Assembly (NCBI GenBank): GCA_030141605.1
Contig: JAQGDQ010002371.1
Location: forward strand, 62,001 to 126,000
Length of the DNA stretch: 64,000 bases
Direction: 5' to 3'
Source of the DNA: Tubiluchus corallicola
Lineage: Eukaryota > Animalia > Priapulida
Below the pieces are notes generated by a model, which was not told the DNA's origin, searched no databases, and saw nothing but the letters and a program-made list of their open reading frames with translations. Below, in pieces: positions 1-16,000 of the stretch (its first letter is position 1; every line of letters begins with the position of its first letter). The position numbers and the translations under genes were made by a program.

Positions 1-845
1 AAAAGGTATAGGGACAAATGAAAAAGTAGGTAAAAATGGCACAGGTAAAAATGGCACAGGAAAAATGGCACACTACTTAGCAAAATGTCTGTTTAGGGTT
101 AGGGTTACAGTAATTATTTTGGCTACTTTTACCTCTGTCAAGAAAGTTATTCTTCAACACAGTTCGTTTTGTTGTTTTTTGTCTGTTATGGCAGTAAGCC
201 TGTTACGCAAAAAACTATCTAATAGATTTCCCAGAAACTTCATGAAGAAAGGCGGGCTTAAGGGGTGCCAAAATGGGAAAATGTAAAAAACATGCATGAA
301 GTACTTCGTGAAGCTTTCAGAGGGAGTGTTTAGTGCTTCTTTTTTGTTATCTCCACTTAACTGTTTTTATTAATGTGTATAGCCTAATAAGGTGATTTGG
401 TAGTTATATATATTTGTCAGTCTATTACAATCGCCAAAATTAATGGTTAAAAAGATAGATAAACACTATGCGGAACATTCGTGCATTATTGATTATAAAT
501 CTGTGAGACTTTTGCTAGTCTATTTATAGCAATGTAGACTCTATATAAACTCCATATAATATATAGACTCTATATAATATCAATATAGGAACATTTTTGT
601 GTGTTTGCTAGTTTATCTTTGTGTCAAGTTTTTTAATCAGAAGAACAGATGAATAAGTAGGATTGTTCGGCTTTAGCGGAAATCTGCTTCCTACTAAGCC
701 CATTCTAGATTTATTAAAAAATCAATTGCATCAAAATAACATGTGCCATTTTCCCTACTTTTCCATGTGGGCAATTTTTCCTGTGCCATTTTTACTTGCT
801 TTTCCGTTTGTGCGATTTTTCCTGTGTTATTTTTAGCGTACCCCA
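1..845. mobile_element. Non-autonomous DNA-transposon-like repeat with subterminal AAAATGGCACAGG repeats (left end cut by window)
   Basis: AAAAATGGCACAGG repeats at 1-75 are mirrored by CCTGTGCCATTTT repeats at ~740-840; the internal sequence aligns by eye with a second copy at 30545-31520. Confidence 0.65.
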
Positions 846-1013
846 GCAAGATCTAGTGCTGCTGCAGCTATCACGATTTTTACATAGTTATAACAGTACA
901 TGCAAACGTCCTTACGTCATTATTGAATAACTTGACTTCTTCAGGTTTGTTAAACATTCTCGGTTGGAACAGCGTCTTCAGTGGAGGAAATTAAAATTCG
1001 TATTTCTTTGCAG

Positions 1014-4552
<3,539 letters not shown>

Positions 4553-5586
4553 GTATCTGTGTGTATTTTCCCTTAGTGAACTTTTGTGACAAGGTACGTT
4601 TTTTACAGCGCGGTGTAATATATAAATATTCTGTGTAAGAAAACACTTTTCTACAAGTTGTGTTCGTCCAATGAACTATGAATGATCTTTTTGGATGAGT
4701 AATTGTAATATTCTTTAATACTTATTATTGTGCCATTGATTTAATGTTGTTTGATAAAAATAAGTATGACTATTATAGTACCCGCTATTTGTGGGAATTT
4801 GCATAGAAACTTAGGCTGTACTCCTTATCTAACTAGTTAATAAGCAAATTACACAAGACATATAGGTAATTTTCAATGTTGTTAATTAATCACAATGCAC
4901 TTATTATTTAGCGATTCATTCTGACAACTTCACGAATACATGTGTTAGTAAATATTGCACAATGCTGTAAATAGCCAAGAATTTTTACGTGTTCATTTAT
5001 ATGTCACAATTTTATTGCCACATGTTGAAAGGCCATGTGCTGACTTCCTATTGTGATGCTTGTTACAATTACAATTTCGTCACGCACTTCAAGACTCACT
5101 TAGAGCACGTTTATACTGCGTAACACTACTACTCACTATGTTCATCCTGCCATCTGTGGTTAATTTTCTTCAACTAATTCTTGTTCGGAAAATTATTGTT
5201 TGCTTACAACGGATGTTCACTGTTTTGTGAGCGAATTTTAATGTATATAAATTTACACGAAATACACTGCTCTGCTTATGTATTTTTTTCAAAATTAAAA
5301 AATGTCTCGTTAGTTTGTAAGGCTGTTCAAACATTTCGAATTGAAGATTTTAGTTTGTTGAGGGTGGAAAAGTACTAGAATTTCCTGCATAAGTCGTTCA
5401 AAAACTTGTTTGCTGATCATTGTGTATGTTTGTAAATACGAGTAATTAAGGCTGGATTTTGGGAAAAATATGTTTTTTAATTTTATAATAATTTTTAACA
5501 ACTGCAGAGTACTATTAAATATTATTAAACGGCTATTTTTATTAAGTGCAGTACTGCATATGGTAGCTTCAATCTACTTATATACT

Positions 5587-6023
5587 GCACGAGAATTGGA
5601 ATCGGGTTATGGGGTCTGACACGGTTGTCCCGATGATTTGACTCAACTCCCTCGGTGACTCAAGTTCCCCGGTTTGATAAAAATTTGGCACAAGCGTACA
5701 ACGAATACTTACAAGCAAAGACAAATACTTACTCCATATTTTCGTCATCGTCATCACCAAATCATCATCATTATCGTCGTCGTCATCATCGTCATCATCA
5801 TCATCATCCAGCACTATACATTTATTTTTTGATTATAGGCCTACCATATTAACTAACTAGGCAAGCGATGTAGGCATTTATAGGCATATAATTTGTGTAC
5901 GAATTTTAAATTTTTGATTAATGAGTGAAAATGAACGGTTATTTTTATAACTCTACAAATGATTTGTAAAAAAGGGAAAAACCGGTTGACACGGTTTACT
6001 AGACCCGGTTCCAACTCCGTGCC
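5587..6023. mobile_element. MITE-like element with imperfect TIRs and internal (CAT/CGT)n
   Basis: GCACGAGAATTGGAATCGGGT at the left end versus ACCCGGTTCCAACTCCGTGC at the right end; repeated (A)CGGTT subterminal motifs (hAT/Ac-like); TSD not clear. Confidence 0.55.
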
Positions 6024-8049
6024 GTGTATTACATTCGTTATTTGGGAGCTCTTAAACTATTTTTAGCAAAATCCTCTTTTTGGTATCTCAGATATGCATC
6101 GATCAACTCGATTGCTTACCTTTTAAGTTTAGATAAGTTTGTAACTGCTTGCCGAATTTTGATGAAAATAACTCCACCGGTTCGTTTTTCCGGCGCAATC
6201 TATTCAGCAGTATTAGTTTGATCAAAATCTAGTGACAGATCGCAATTTTTTTAGCATTTGATGTGGATTCGTCGTTCACTTGCCGGCCAAACATCAGCTT
6301 TCAATAAAACAATGTATTTGATTTGTTTGTATAATATACGACCAAAACTGCTTACTACTGAGAATATTGGCATGATTAGATTCATATTGTGGTAAATGGA
6401 ACTTTTTAAATACAGTTTTAAATAGTGAGCATCACTACTCGGTATAATTAATATTAGTTTACTCTTTTTCTTTTAATAATCGAATACACTAATTATATAG
6501 AGAGATAAACACGTGTATTACGCCTTATTGCACCAAATGTTTTTCGTAATATTTTACATGCCTTTTCAGCAATTACAAGTTTAACTTTGTAATGCATAAT
6601 AATTTCAAAAAGGCAAACACTAAATCATTCTATCGGACAGTCGGGCTGGTGGTCGCTTAGGGTGCTAAAATTGTTTTTACTAACGTTTTTATCCATAAGT
6701 ATTCAGGCAGTACGGTATGGGCTTTGCGCTAAGTTTAACTAGGAGATGTGTGTGTTCTTATATTGCAGCGACTATTCGTGGTTAAAATTATCTATATTTG
6801 TTGTATTTCTGGCTCTCGTATATATATATTGTTATATATGTTGTCTGCGGTGATATTCGTATGATGTGAATAAAAATCGATGTTTTAATCTATAGATCTG
6901 ATGTAGTGTAATCAAAAGAATTATAATTGTTGGTACTTACATGCGTAGATTAACAGGTAACATGTTGTTACAATCATTATTAATATTATGGTTTGTCCAA
7001 CTGCATAGGAAAGGATATATCACATAACAATTAACCTTTTTGTTTTTTGGATCTAGTGAATAGGTAAGACTGTTTTAATCTGTATTCTGTCTTAATAGTA
7101 ATAAGTGACCATCACATCTATAAAGAGCAAACTTTAAATATAATGGTTTATTATATATGTGCTACAGCTGATGTACACATTTTGATAGTTCGCCATAATT
7201 GCAGTAATAGTGTTCCATGGCTGCAAAATTTGTAATCTAAAGTAAATTTATAAAAAAATATTGTCAAGTTGTGAGCGTTGACGAAGTTAAAGGCAAAATT
7301 TAAATGAAACAGTAGCATAAAATTTGTTTTGAACTGATTTCCAGGGTTCGCAAGTGTGTCTGCTCTGAGCTAGATGGCCTTGATTTGTAGGACAGAATCA
7401 ATAAAGCGTTTATACGGAAGTCGCTGTTACTCAGAGTCAGAGAAGCTGCAGAAAAGGAGAGCATCCATACGGGGGAATGTGGCAGTCTTGTCTTGTCAAA
7501 GAAGTTAACTGTCTACACTTGAAGGATTTTTGAACTACTTTGTGAAAGCCCAGATGAACTGTTTATGAGTGTTACATACGCTGACTTTTCACTTCTGTTA
7601 GTATTTTCAAAAATACTGAAAGTCGACCAAACTTGCAAGCAGCGTGTGACATGGCATTGTGTGGAGGGATGCATCATTCGTATAGGCAGTTCTTTTTTTT
7701 ATGTACCGCTTTATTCTTTGTCTCAACAAGTAAGTAAAATCACTAGCTTTTGTCGATTTTTCTACAGCGAATCTTTATTATTTCGTTTTCGGTGTATATG
7801 ACAGTTTTACTCATTGTCTATAGGTAATACGGTATAATAAAGAATTGGAATTTAGTAACTTTATGGTATGCAACGAGAAGATAGAAATCACGGAAATGTA
7901 TAGAAGCAAAGCAATCTCTATATCATTCAAATAACTAATTTAATTGTCAAATATTTTTTGTACAACGTCTTGAAATTCAACAAGGTTTATCAGTATTAAT
8001 GATATTTCGGGAAACCACTGCTCCCTTCACCAGGTTACATAAAATGTGT

Positions 8050-8620
8050 TTGTGTGACACCATTGTCTTTGTCTTTATTAACAATAGCATTCCTTTTTTA
8101 ATCATGGCTCACTTACTGATATCGTCTAGACATGTCCTTTGCTGCCTTCTTCTAGTACTTCTCCCTGCGATTTCTTTCATCTGTCTCTGTATCAGTTCGC
8201 TATACCTTAAAGCATGTCCACAATATTAAGCTTTCTTCTTGACGATGATATCCCAGCAGGTTTTTTCTCCTTTAACGTTCCTGTCACTTTTTCATTTCGT
8301 GACTTTTCTTCTCTAACTGACGTTCAGCATGCTTCAGTAACAGCACATTTCTAAGACTTCCAGTCGCTTACTTGTGCCTGCTTACTTCAGTGTCCATCCG
8401 TCCATGTAGCAAAACTGACCAACATAACATGCGTCATTTTCCTGTCGTTACACTAATCTTTTGATTTCATATAAACTTTCTTAACTTCGCAAACTAAGTC
8501 TGCACTTTTGCATTTTATTTCCTTCTCATAACTGCCGTTTTTTGTTACTTTCCCAACTCCTCAAATAGCAAGAATGCTCTGCCTGTCCATTATCTCCGCC
8601 ATCGATATTTAACTTCATTG
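8050..8620 (-). mobile_element. Degenerate RTE-clade LINE 3' fragment
   Basis: Minus-strand translation across frameshifts gives WSVLLHG..WTL..KRLEVLEMCCY*SMLNVS..KVTNEKV and YCGH..EIAGRSTRRRQ, matching the RTE ORF C-terminal pattern. Confidence 0.7.
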
Positions 8621-9482
8621 TTTTCTACTTTCCCTCCTGATGGATGTGCAATCTCGTGGACAATGGATGGATATTAAAAAAACAGTAAGTATGCACCAAA
8701 GTGGTTTGGGGGACCACAAGTGGCCGTTTCCTTGGATGAAATCTTCTTGAATGAGGAAAGTGACGATGATGGTGGTGATGACGATGTTTTGGTGACGATG
8801 TGATTATTAGTGAAGATGCAATTGGTGACGAGGAAAATTAAAATTATGACCATACTAATGGTTTTTGTTACTAAAGATTTTGCGATTGAGTTTAAAATTT
8901 ATATTTATATTTAAAATTACAGTTATATTTTCTATAGTTACAATATTGTTCCAATTAGTGTTTAATATTCAGTTAATTCTCTTATTAATGGAATATTAAA
9001 TTTATTTCAGTAACTTGTTTGACGTAAATACGGTATTACGCAACTTTTGATCTCTTATAATCGTTGTCCAGTACAGGTCGTCTGATTTTTAATTTGTCCC
9101 GCCAACCTCATTAGGATTGGACATTTTTCAAACAGTACAATGTCCCCTACACTTTGGCAGAAAAATTAACCATGTACTTTATGGTGTAATTTTCGGCCCT
9201 CTGACCGCTAACCATAATGGTGAGATTCCATATTGCCCGAGCAGTTCTCGTCAGATTTGGTGTTTTTTAATTCACGATAGTACCACCTACAATTGTAGAC
9301 ATCTAGCCATGTACCCTATGATGCAATTTTTGGCCCCTTTTGAGGATACCTATTGTTTCCACCCCGAACGCCCCAAAACTCCTTGTAAGACGGGCAGTTT
9401 TATGAAAGCGTAGACTAGTACTCAGATGCCCAAACCTTTTGTTCCTTATCATGTCCTTATTTCGTCTAGGACTTTTTCTTCT

Positions 9483-9732
9483 GGAACTATTTGGACACAT
9501 GGGTCATTTGGACGCAAGGTACTTTGGACACATAGATCATTTAGATACAAGGCAGTTTGGACATATAGGTCATTTGGACACATAGGACATCTGGTCTGAA
9601 GGCACTTTGGACACATATGACATTTGGACACTAGGTGTTTTTCACGCAGTATTCAGAAGCGTAGATAATTTTTGTCCAAATTATCTATGTGTCGAAGTAG
9701 CCCGTGTCGAAATGACCCATGTGTCCAAATTG
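9483..9732. mobile_element. MITE with TIRs and internal TTGGACA repeats
   Basis: ATTTGGACACATGGGTCATTT (~9488) is the inverse of AAATGACCCATGTGTCCAAAT (~9710-9730). Confidence 0.7.
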
Positions 9733-9801
9733 CAGCAGAAGCAGCATCAGCAGCAGCAGAAGCAACAACAGCAGCAGCACCACCAGCAGCAGCAGCAGCA
9801 G
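9732..9801. repeat. (CAG)n imperfect trinucleotide repeat
   Basis: Direct observation. Confidence 0.9.
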
Positions 9802-10077
9802 TTAAATTTTGAGGCGGATATGGTCTGTTTTACTTCTATTTGTGCCAAAAAAGAGTTAGACGTACATTTCTAAGTTTGTTTGCATTGACGGAGTCTGCGC
9901 TTTACTGAGCAACGCTCTAGTTCAATGACGTTTTGCCAGATTTAATATAAAAAGATCTGTAATTTAACTTTGGTGATACTGCGCTCAAAAAAGCTATAAA
10001 GCATACAAGTGTTAGTGATCATTTGTTACTGCAAGTTAAGACACCTAAAGACATTTTTTATAATTATAAAATTATTA

Positions 10078-13000
10078 ATGATGCTGAAATTAAAAGCTTG
10101 GGAACTTGTTCTGTTGCTAGTCGTGTACTCTGTTGCAAAAGGTTTTGTCCCCCTTACATCTGCTGCCCCTATAACTGAAACGTCACTTTAGACTGACTTG
10201 CAATTTGTAAATTTGTAAATCGAAGTAGCTCCATTCAAATGACGGTTTTTTACAATTATAAAATATTCTTAACAGTTAATATGTGAATGAAATTTCAAGC
10301 CCTTTCAGTTTCATTTACAAAGTAAGACGTGTTAATTAGACACAGTTCGTATAAATGAAAACACGTTAAACGCAGACATGTGGTAGTGGTATTTCGGATT
10401 TATCGTCACACTATAATGGCATACTGGTCTACTGGAATCTAATTCTCACAAATGCAATTTAAACCCTTTGAGATTTGCTGGCGGCTGACTCTGCAGATGC
10501 TGAGTTACATTGAGTAAATAATTGTAGACTATTATTTCGTGAACCATTCATCACGCCATCGTGAATCATTTCTAGACTAAACATTTCTCAAATTCTTTCA
10601 TAATTAATCGTTTTTAGGCAAGAACATCTTCCCACACAAGTGCTCGTTTTGCCATAAATTTTCTGAAGCTTGCTGGGAATAATTACGTTTCACAATTATG
10701 TACAATATGTGTATTTTCATAATTATGTTTATTAATAAAATTACGGTGCTTTTCGTCAAACGGTGTTGGGTTTAAACAAGTGTTTGCAACGTGTTGAAGG
10801 CCGTATGTTAAGGCATGTGTCGCAAATTCCAGATATTGATTGTTTCACGACATGTAATGCTCATAATAAAACCGACTGAATAAAATGTGTGTTTTCATTT
10901 TCTTGATATTTTATTATAGAACTTACAATGAAAAGGTTCAAAAGGAACAAAACACAAGCACTGCTGTTCATATTAATTAAAATCATCAAGTTTTTGGTGC
11001 TCATACAGCTCCAATATCAGCAAGCTTAGGCCCGCGCAATTTTCTGTTGCACAACTAATTGTTGCAAAATCTGTAAATAACTGAAATCTACGGAGAAGAA
11101 ATAACTGAAGAACTAAAAAGTTACAAGCTGAACTCAAACTTTTAGTTGCGCAACTATTTTGTAATGTACTGTTTTCAATGGGGGCGTGCAGATATACAAT
11201 TTTTAATTCCGCAACTTTTAACCAAACACAATATTTAAGTGCAAGAATAAGGCAGCGCCTTATGAAAAGGTTCTATTAAGCGTACATTAGAGAGAAATGA
11301 AAAACAAATTAGATACATAATTCTTTTTGTTATTGCTACCATCCTTTAGGATGTTCAGTGACAAATTCGGAAATTGGAGACCAAAACATTTACTGAAAAG
11401 TGAAAAGTGAACAGCGCACACAAACACGTCTTACTACAAGCAATTAAAATCTTTCTGCTGCCTTTTTCGAATTTTTTCCTACTATTGCGATCTTTTACAA
11501 TGACAGACACCTCTTATAAGACAGACAAAACGGGCAATAAGAGAAGACCAAAGATAAAAGTCTTGGTGTTGGAGATGGTTTTATTTCTGCACTTAATGTC
11601 GAGATAGATAATGTGCAACCCAATAGTACGCAGCAGTTCATCAAAACTATTTGGACTCATACGATAATAACTAAATAATTCAGTCGAATGAGCCCGTCTG
11701 CCGTGATAGAGCTTATAAAATTACCTTTTCAGTAATCGGTGGCTATTTATTAGGCGGGCCAAGTGTTTCCGGTGTGCATTTGTCTTTTATGAATTAATAA
11801 TATACAAATACATGCAAACTTTTCAAGCTCCATAGCACCAGCCTGGCAATTAACAATTGCGTGTGTGTGCGCTCGATTTCGGTACACCAGTAAAATTGCC
11901 GCAGTTTTCAATTGTACAACTTTTAATTGCGCTGCGAGGGCCCACAACTGGCGGTAAGGCGCTTGAAGACGTTACTTGTATTTATGCATTATTAATTTAC
12001 AAAAAGACAGAAACGTCGAAAGTAGTGGGGCAGGTATTACTGAAAGGACAATTTTACAAGTTCTATGACGACTTACGGGCTCATCCGAGTAAATTTCTTA
12101 GTTATTAGGTTTCTGTTCTCATATTCAGGTAACTATCTGTCATGGAAAACAACAATGCTACAAAATCCCTATCTTCCATTTTCCAGTAAAAGTTTCTATG
12201 CGTCTGGAGTTTTTTAACAAACAATGCAAAATGAGCGAAATTCGCGGCAGCAATAGCTGCAGCATGCCTAACGTGTTCGCAGGAAGTGTTCACTCAAACT
12301 TCGTATTTTGATCTTCATTTTCTGAATTTGTCACAGAATTTCTTGAAAGACAATAGCAGAGATAGTAACAATGATTTATCTTCATTAATTTGTTTTTCTT
12401 TTCTTTTGTACCTTTAATTATGCCCTTCATAAGGTGCTGTTTTTTCTCACGCTTAACTATTGTGTTTTGTTTACAAATTGCATGTCTGCGCGCTTGTCGG
12501 AAACTCGTTTCCGAAGTAAGCAAATTACTATTTGCTCTGTATAAATAATTGTACGAAGTACTTAAAGAAAGAGTACATAATTACTTCTGTAGTTTTATTG
12601 TGCAAGTATGTATGTAGTAAACCTGTCTTATCGCATCACTAGCCATGTAATTGTTAGGCAGGAAACAACTTGTTGGGGGAAAAAACTGACGTCTCTGAAA
12701 GTTGACGGAATAGGTCCCTACGTTAAGAGGAAAAGCTATCTCTTAACTTAATATGGACTAACTGTAATTAAAAGGAAGTTGACTTTTCCTTGCGTATAGA
12801 AGGCTGTTTTCCTCATGTAATAAAAACACTCGGGAGTAAAGAATCCCATGGTGATATATTGAATTGTTAATTTCGTGACGTTGGCTAACACTATTTAGTT
12901 TTATTTACAGGTCTTGTTGTGAAGTTATTATATTGTTATGTTATGTCTTATATATGAAGTGATAATGTAAATAAGTACATTATGATGTTTTTAACTCATT

Positions 13001-16000
13001 TGTTTAACTTTAGGTAATTAGTTTGATACATCGATTCTCCCGCCTTCTCTAAGCTAAACGTGAAATAAGCGAGATTAAGAACCAAAATAAATTCCCCGTT
13101 CTCGGCCTGATACCAGATTTTATTCTTGTTCTCGCCAGCGCTCTCATTTAAACTTGAAAATTACAAAACGGTTGTTGCGCAACTAAAAGTTTGACCCCGT
13201 TTGCAACTTTTCATCGCGCAATTTCTAGTTACATCTAACTGCGCACTCTAATCAGTAGCTTTTCAGCGGTCTTCAGTGTAGTAACACTTGTACGCGTTGA
13301 CTGTACAATAAACGCTTCTTTTTATTGTTTTCAAATGTGCAACTCTACATTACAAGTCCGACATCATGGCGATATGTAATATTGTATGACAATACTATAA
13401 AATCGTTGGAACAGCAGGCTTCTTAAGAAATGAGCAAAATTACTACTTGACGCTTGGAATCCAATATCCCTACAGCAACCCATATAAGCGAATAATGTAG
13501 GCTAGAAGAGCATTGGTTTCACAACGAGCGCCGTATTGATCGCATAATCATCCCGCTTCCTTCAAAATGTCCCGTGAGAAATGCCGAGAATGTTTTTGTT
13601 TTATTGCGTCCTTTTCCTGGCGATTAACGACTGGACCGCTCTAGCTGAGTATGTCCATTGCGATTGTAATGTTGGGAATTAAACTGCAATATGATGGCTT
13701 TGCTTGCCGGTGCAGTGGCAAGCTATTAATATTTGGCTCTCGTGGCCTGCTCCAGAACATGAAAGGACTTCATGTAAGTTGTCGAGGTCGAAGTTACGTA
13801 GTTGCAATGATATTTAGTTAACACCGCTATAAGTAAAGAGTTGTTTTGGTGAACATAGATAACTTACGTTTATAACATTGCTCGAAGCTTCCAAAATCTC
13901 TGGGGTGCTTTGAAATGAAAACAGGGTTTCCCGTTTCTATAGAAAGTACGACCACCACTTTTACCGCTGTTTATGGTACCCATGTTCAAGTGGCTGAAAG
14001 CAAAATTATTGCTTATCCATTATAGCATCTCTCTTTTGGGTGCATTATGAAGTGCATGCGTTTTATGGTACGAATCATAAGACAAAATTACCACTGAGCA
14101 GAGTGGAATTAATTCCACATTATGATGTCCAGTCAGACTTGTGTATAAAATCTGGTGGTAACAGCGTTCATTTGTGACTTAAAGATATTCACAAAAATGT
14201 ATACAATAGTTTTTACAGAAAACTAATGCTATTTGCAGTTAAGCTAGAGGTTCCAACATAAGCTATTATATCGTTGAGTTTGTTTTCATTTCTCAAGTAG
14301 AAAACGCAAGGAAAGTGACGCATGGAACTGCTGTCAGAAAATCAGAAAATTTACGATTTTTTCTCGAAATCCCTATGCAACAAAAATGTTTATTTCACAG
14401 TGAAAACGCGCGCCCTGTACAACAACATTGCGAGTTACAGGCATGTAGGCATATTAGGAGCATTTCACCGTGACGCCTCATGAGGATGAGTTTTTGTTTT
14501 ATTGCCAGAATGTTTTTGTTTTATTGCGTCCTTTTCCTGGCGATTAACGACTGGACCGCTCTAGCTGAGTATGTCCATTGCGATTGTAATGTTGGGAATT
14601 AAAGTGCAATATGATGGCTTTGCTTGCCGGTGCAGTGGCAAGCTATTAATATTTGGCTCTCGTGGCCTGCTCCAGAACATGAAAGGACTTCATGTAAGTT
14701 GTCGAGGTCGAAGTTACGTAGTTGCAATGATATTTAGTTAACACCGCTATAAGTAAAGAGTTGTTTTGGTGAACATAGATAACTTACGTTTATAACATTG
14801 CTCGAAGCTTCCAAAATCTCTGGGGTGCTTTGAAATGAAAACAGGGTTTCCCGTTTCTATAGAAAGTACGACCACCACTTTTACCGCTGTTTATGGTACC
14901 CATGTTCAAGTGGCTGAAAGCAAAATTATTGCTTATCCATTATAGCATCTCTCTTTTGGGTGCATTATGAAGTGCATGCGTTTTATGGTACGAATCATAA
15001 GACAAAATTACCACTGAGCAGAGTGGAATTAATTCCACATTATGATGTCCAGTCAGACTTGTGTATAAAATCTGGTGGTAACAGCGTTCATTTGTGACTT
15101 AAAGATATTCACAAAAATGTATACAATAGTTTTTACAGAAAACTAATGCTATTTGCAGTTAAGCTAGAGGTTCCAACATAAGCTATTATATCGTTGAGTT
15201 TGTTTTCATTTCTCAAGTAGAAAACGCAAGGAAAGTGACGCATGGAACTGCTGTCAGAAAATCAGAAAATTTACGATTTTTTCTCGAAATCCCTATGCAA
15301 CAAAAATGTTTATTTCACAGTGAAAACGCGCGCCCTGTACAACAACATTGCGAGTTACAGGCATGTAGGCATATTAGGAGCATTTCACCGTGACGCCTCA
15401 TGAGGATTTTCCTCGTGAGCAATTTTGCTGCCAGCTAGAAGGTATGCGTCCTTCTCACGACGAAAGTTGCCGCACTGTAGAAATCCTGCATGTTCTATTT
15501 TCGTGAGGAATCCTCGTGGAATTACGATTAAAATTTAACTGCTCAATTACTTCTTTCTTGTTTAACGAACAACAATTAACACATTTTAACATAAAATTAT
15601 AAGGATTTAATCTCTCTTTTAACAGAAGAGACGATTTTGTGTGTTATTTTTTGTAATAGCCATGGTCATTTCTCTTGATCGTCTTTCAAATGCCCATACA
15701 AGGTTGGAACAACACCACGGTGCTCTATTGATTCGTTAATTGGGTTCCGTCAATAACGATGGTAATTAATACTATCGTAATTATAGTTAACAGTTAGTAA
15801 AAACATGACGTCGTCTTCATTATCCATGTTGACGATCGAGTAATAGCTGTAAACCTGCAACTCGCAAAGTAGCTGCAACTAACTGGACGAGCGGAAAAAA
15901 ACGCACATTGAAATGTTTTTTTTTCTGAAAATTTTCTGATTTTCTGACAGCAATTTCGTGTGTCATTTTCTTTGCGTCCTCACTGTGAAATGGGCCTTAC

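Noticed and set aside
890-950. Possible signal-peptide exon for Ly6 paralog 1 (ATG at ~900, donor at ~945)
   Set aside because: There is an in-frame stop before the donor and no hydrophobic core; the true exon is probably upstream of the window.
5181-5400. Possible Penelope GIY-YIG remnants here and at ~7340-7560
   Set aside because: Only vague motif resemblance; not supportable without a search.
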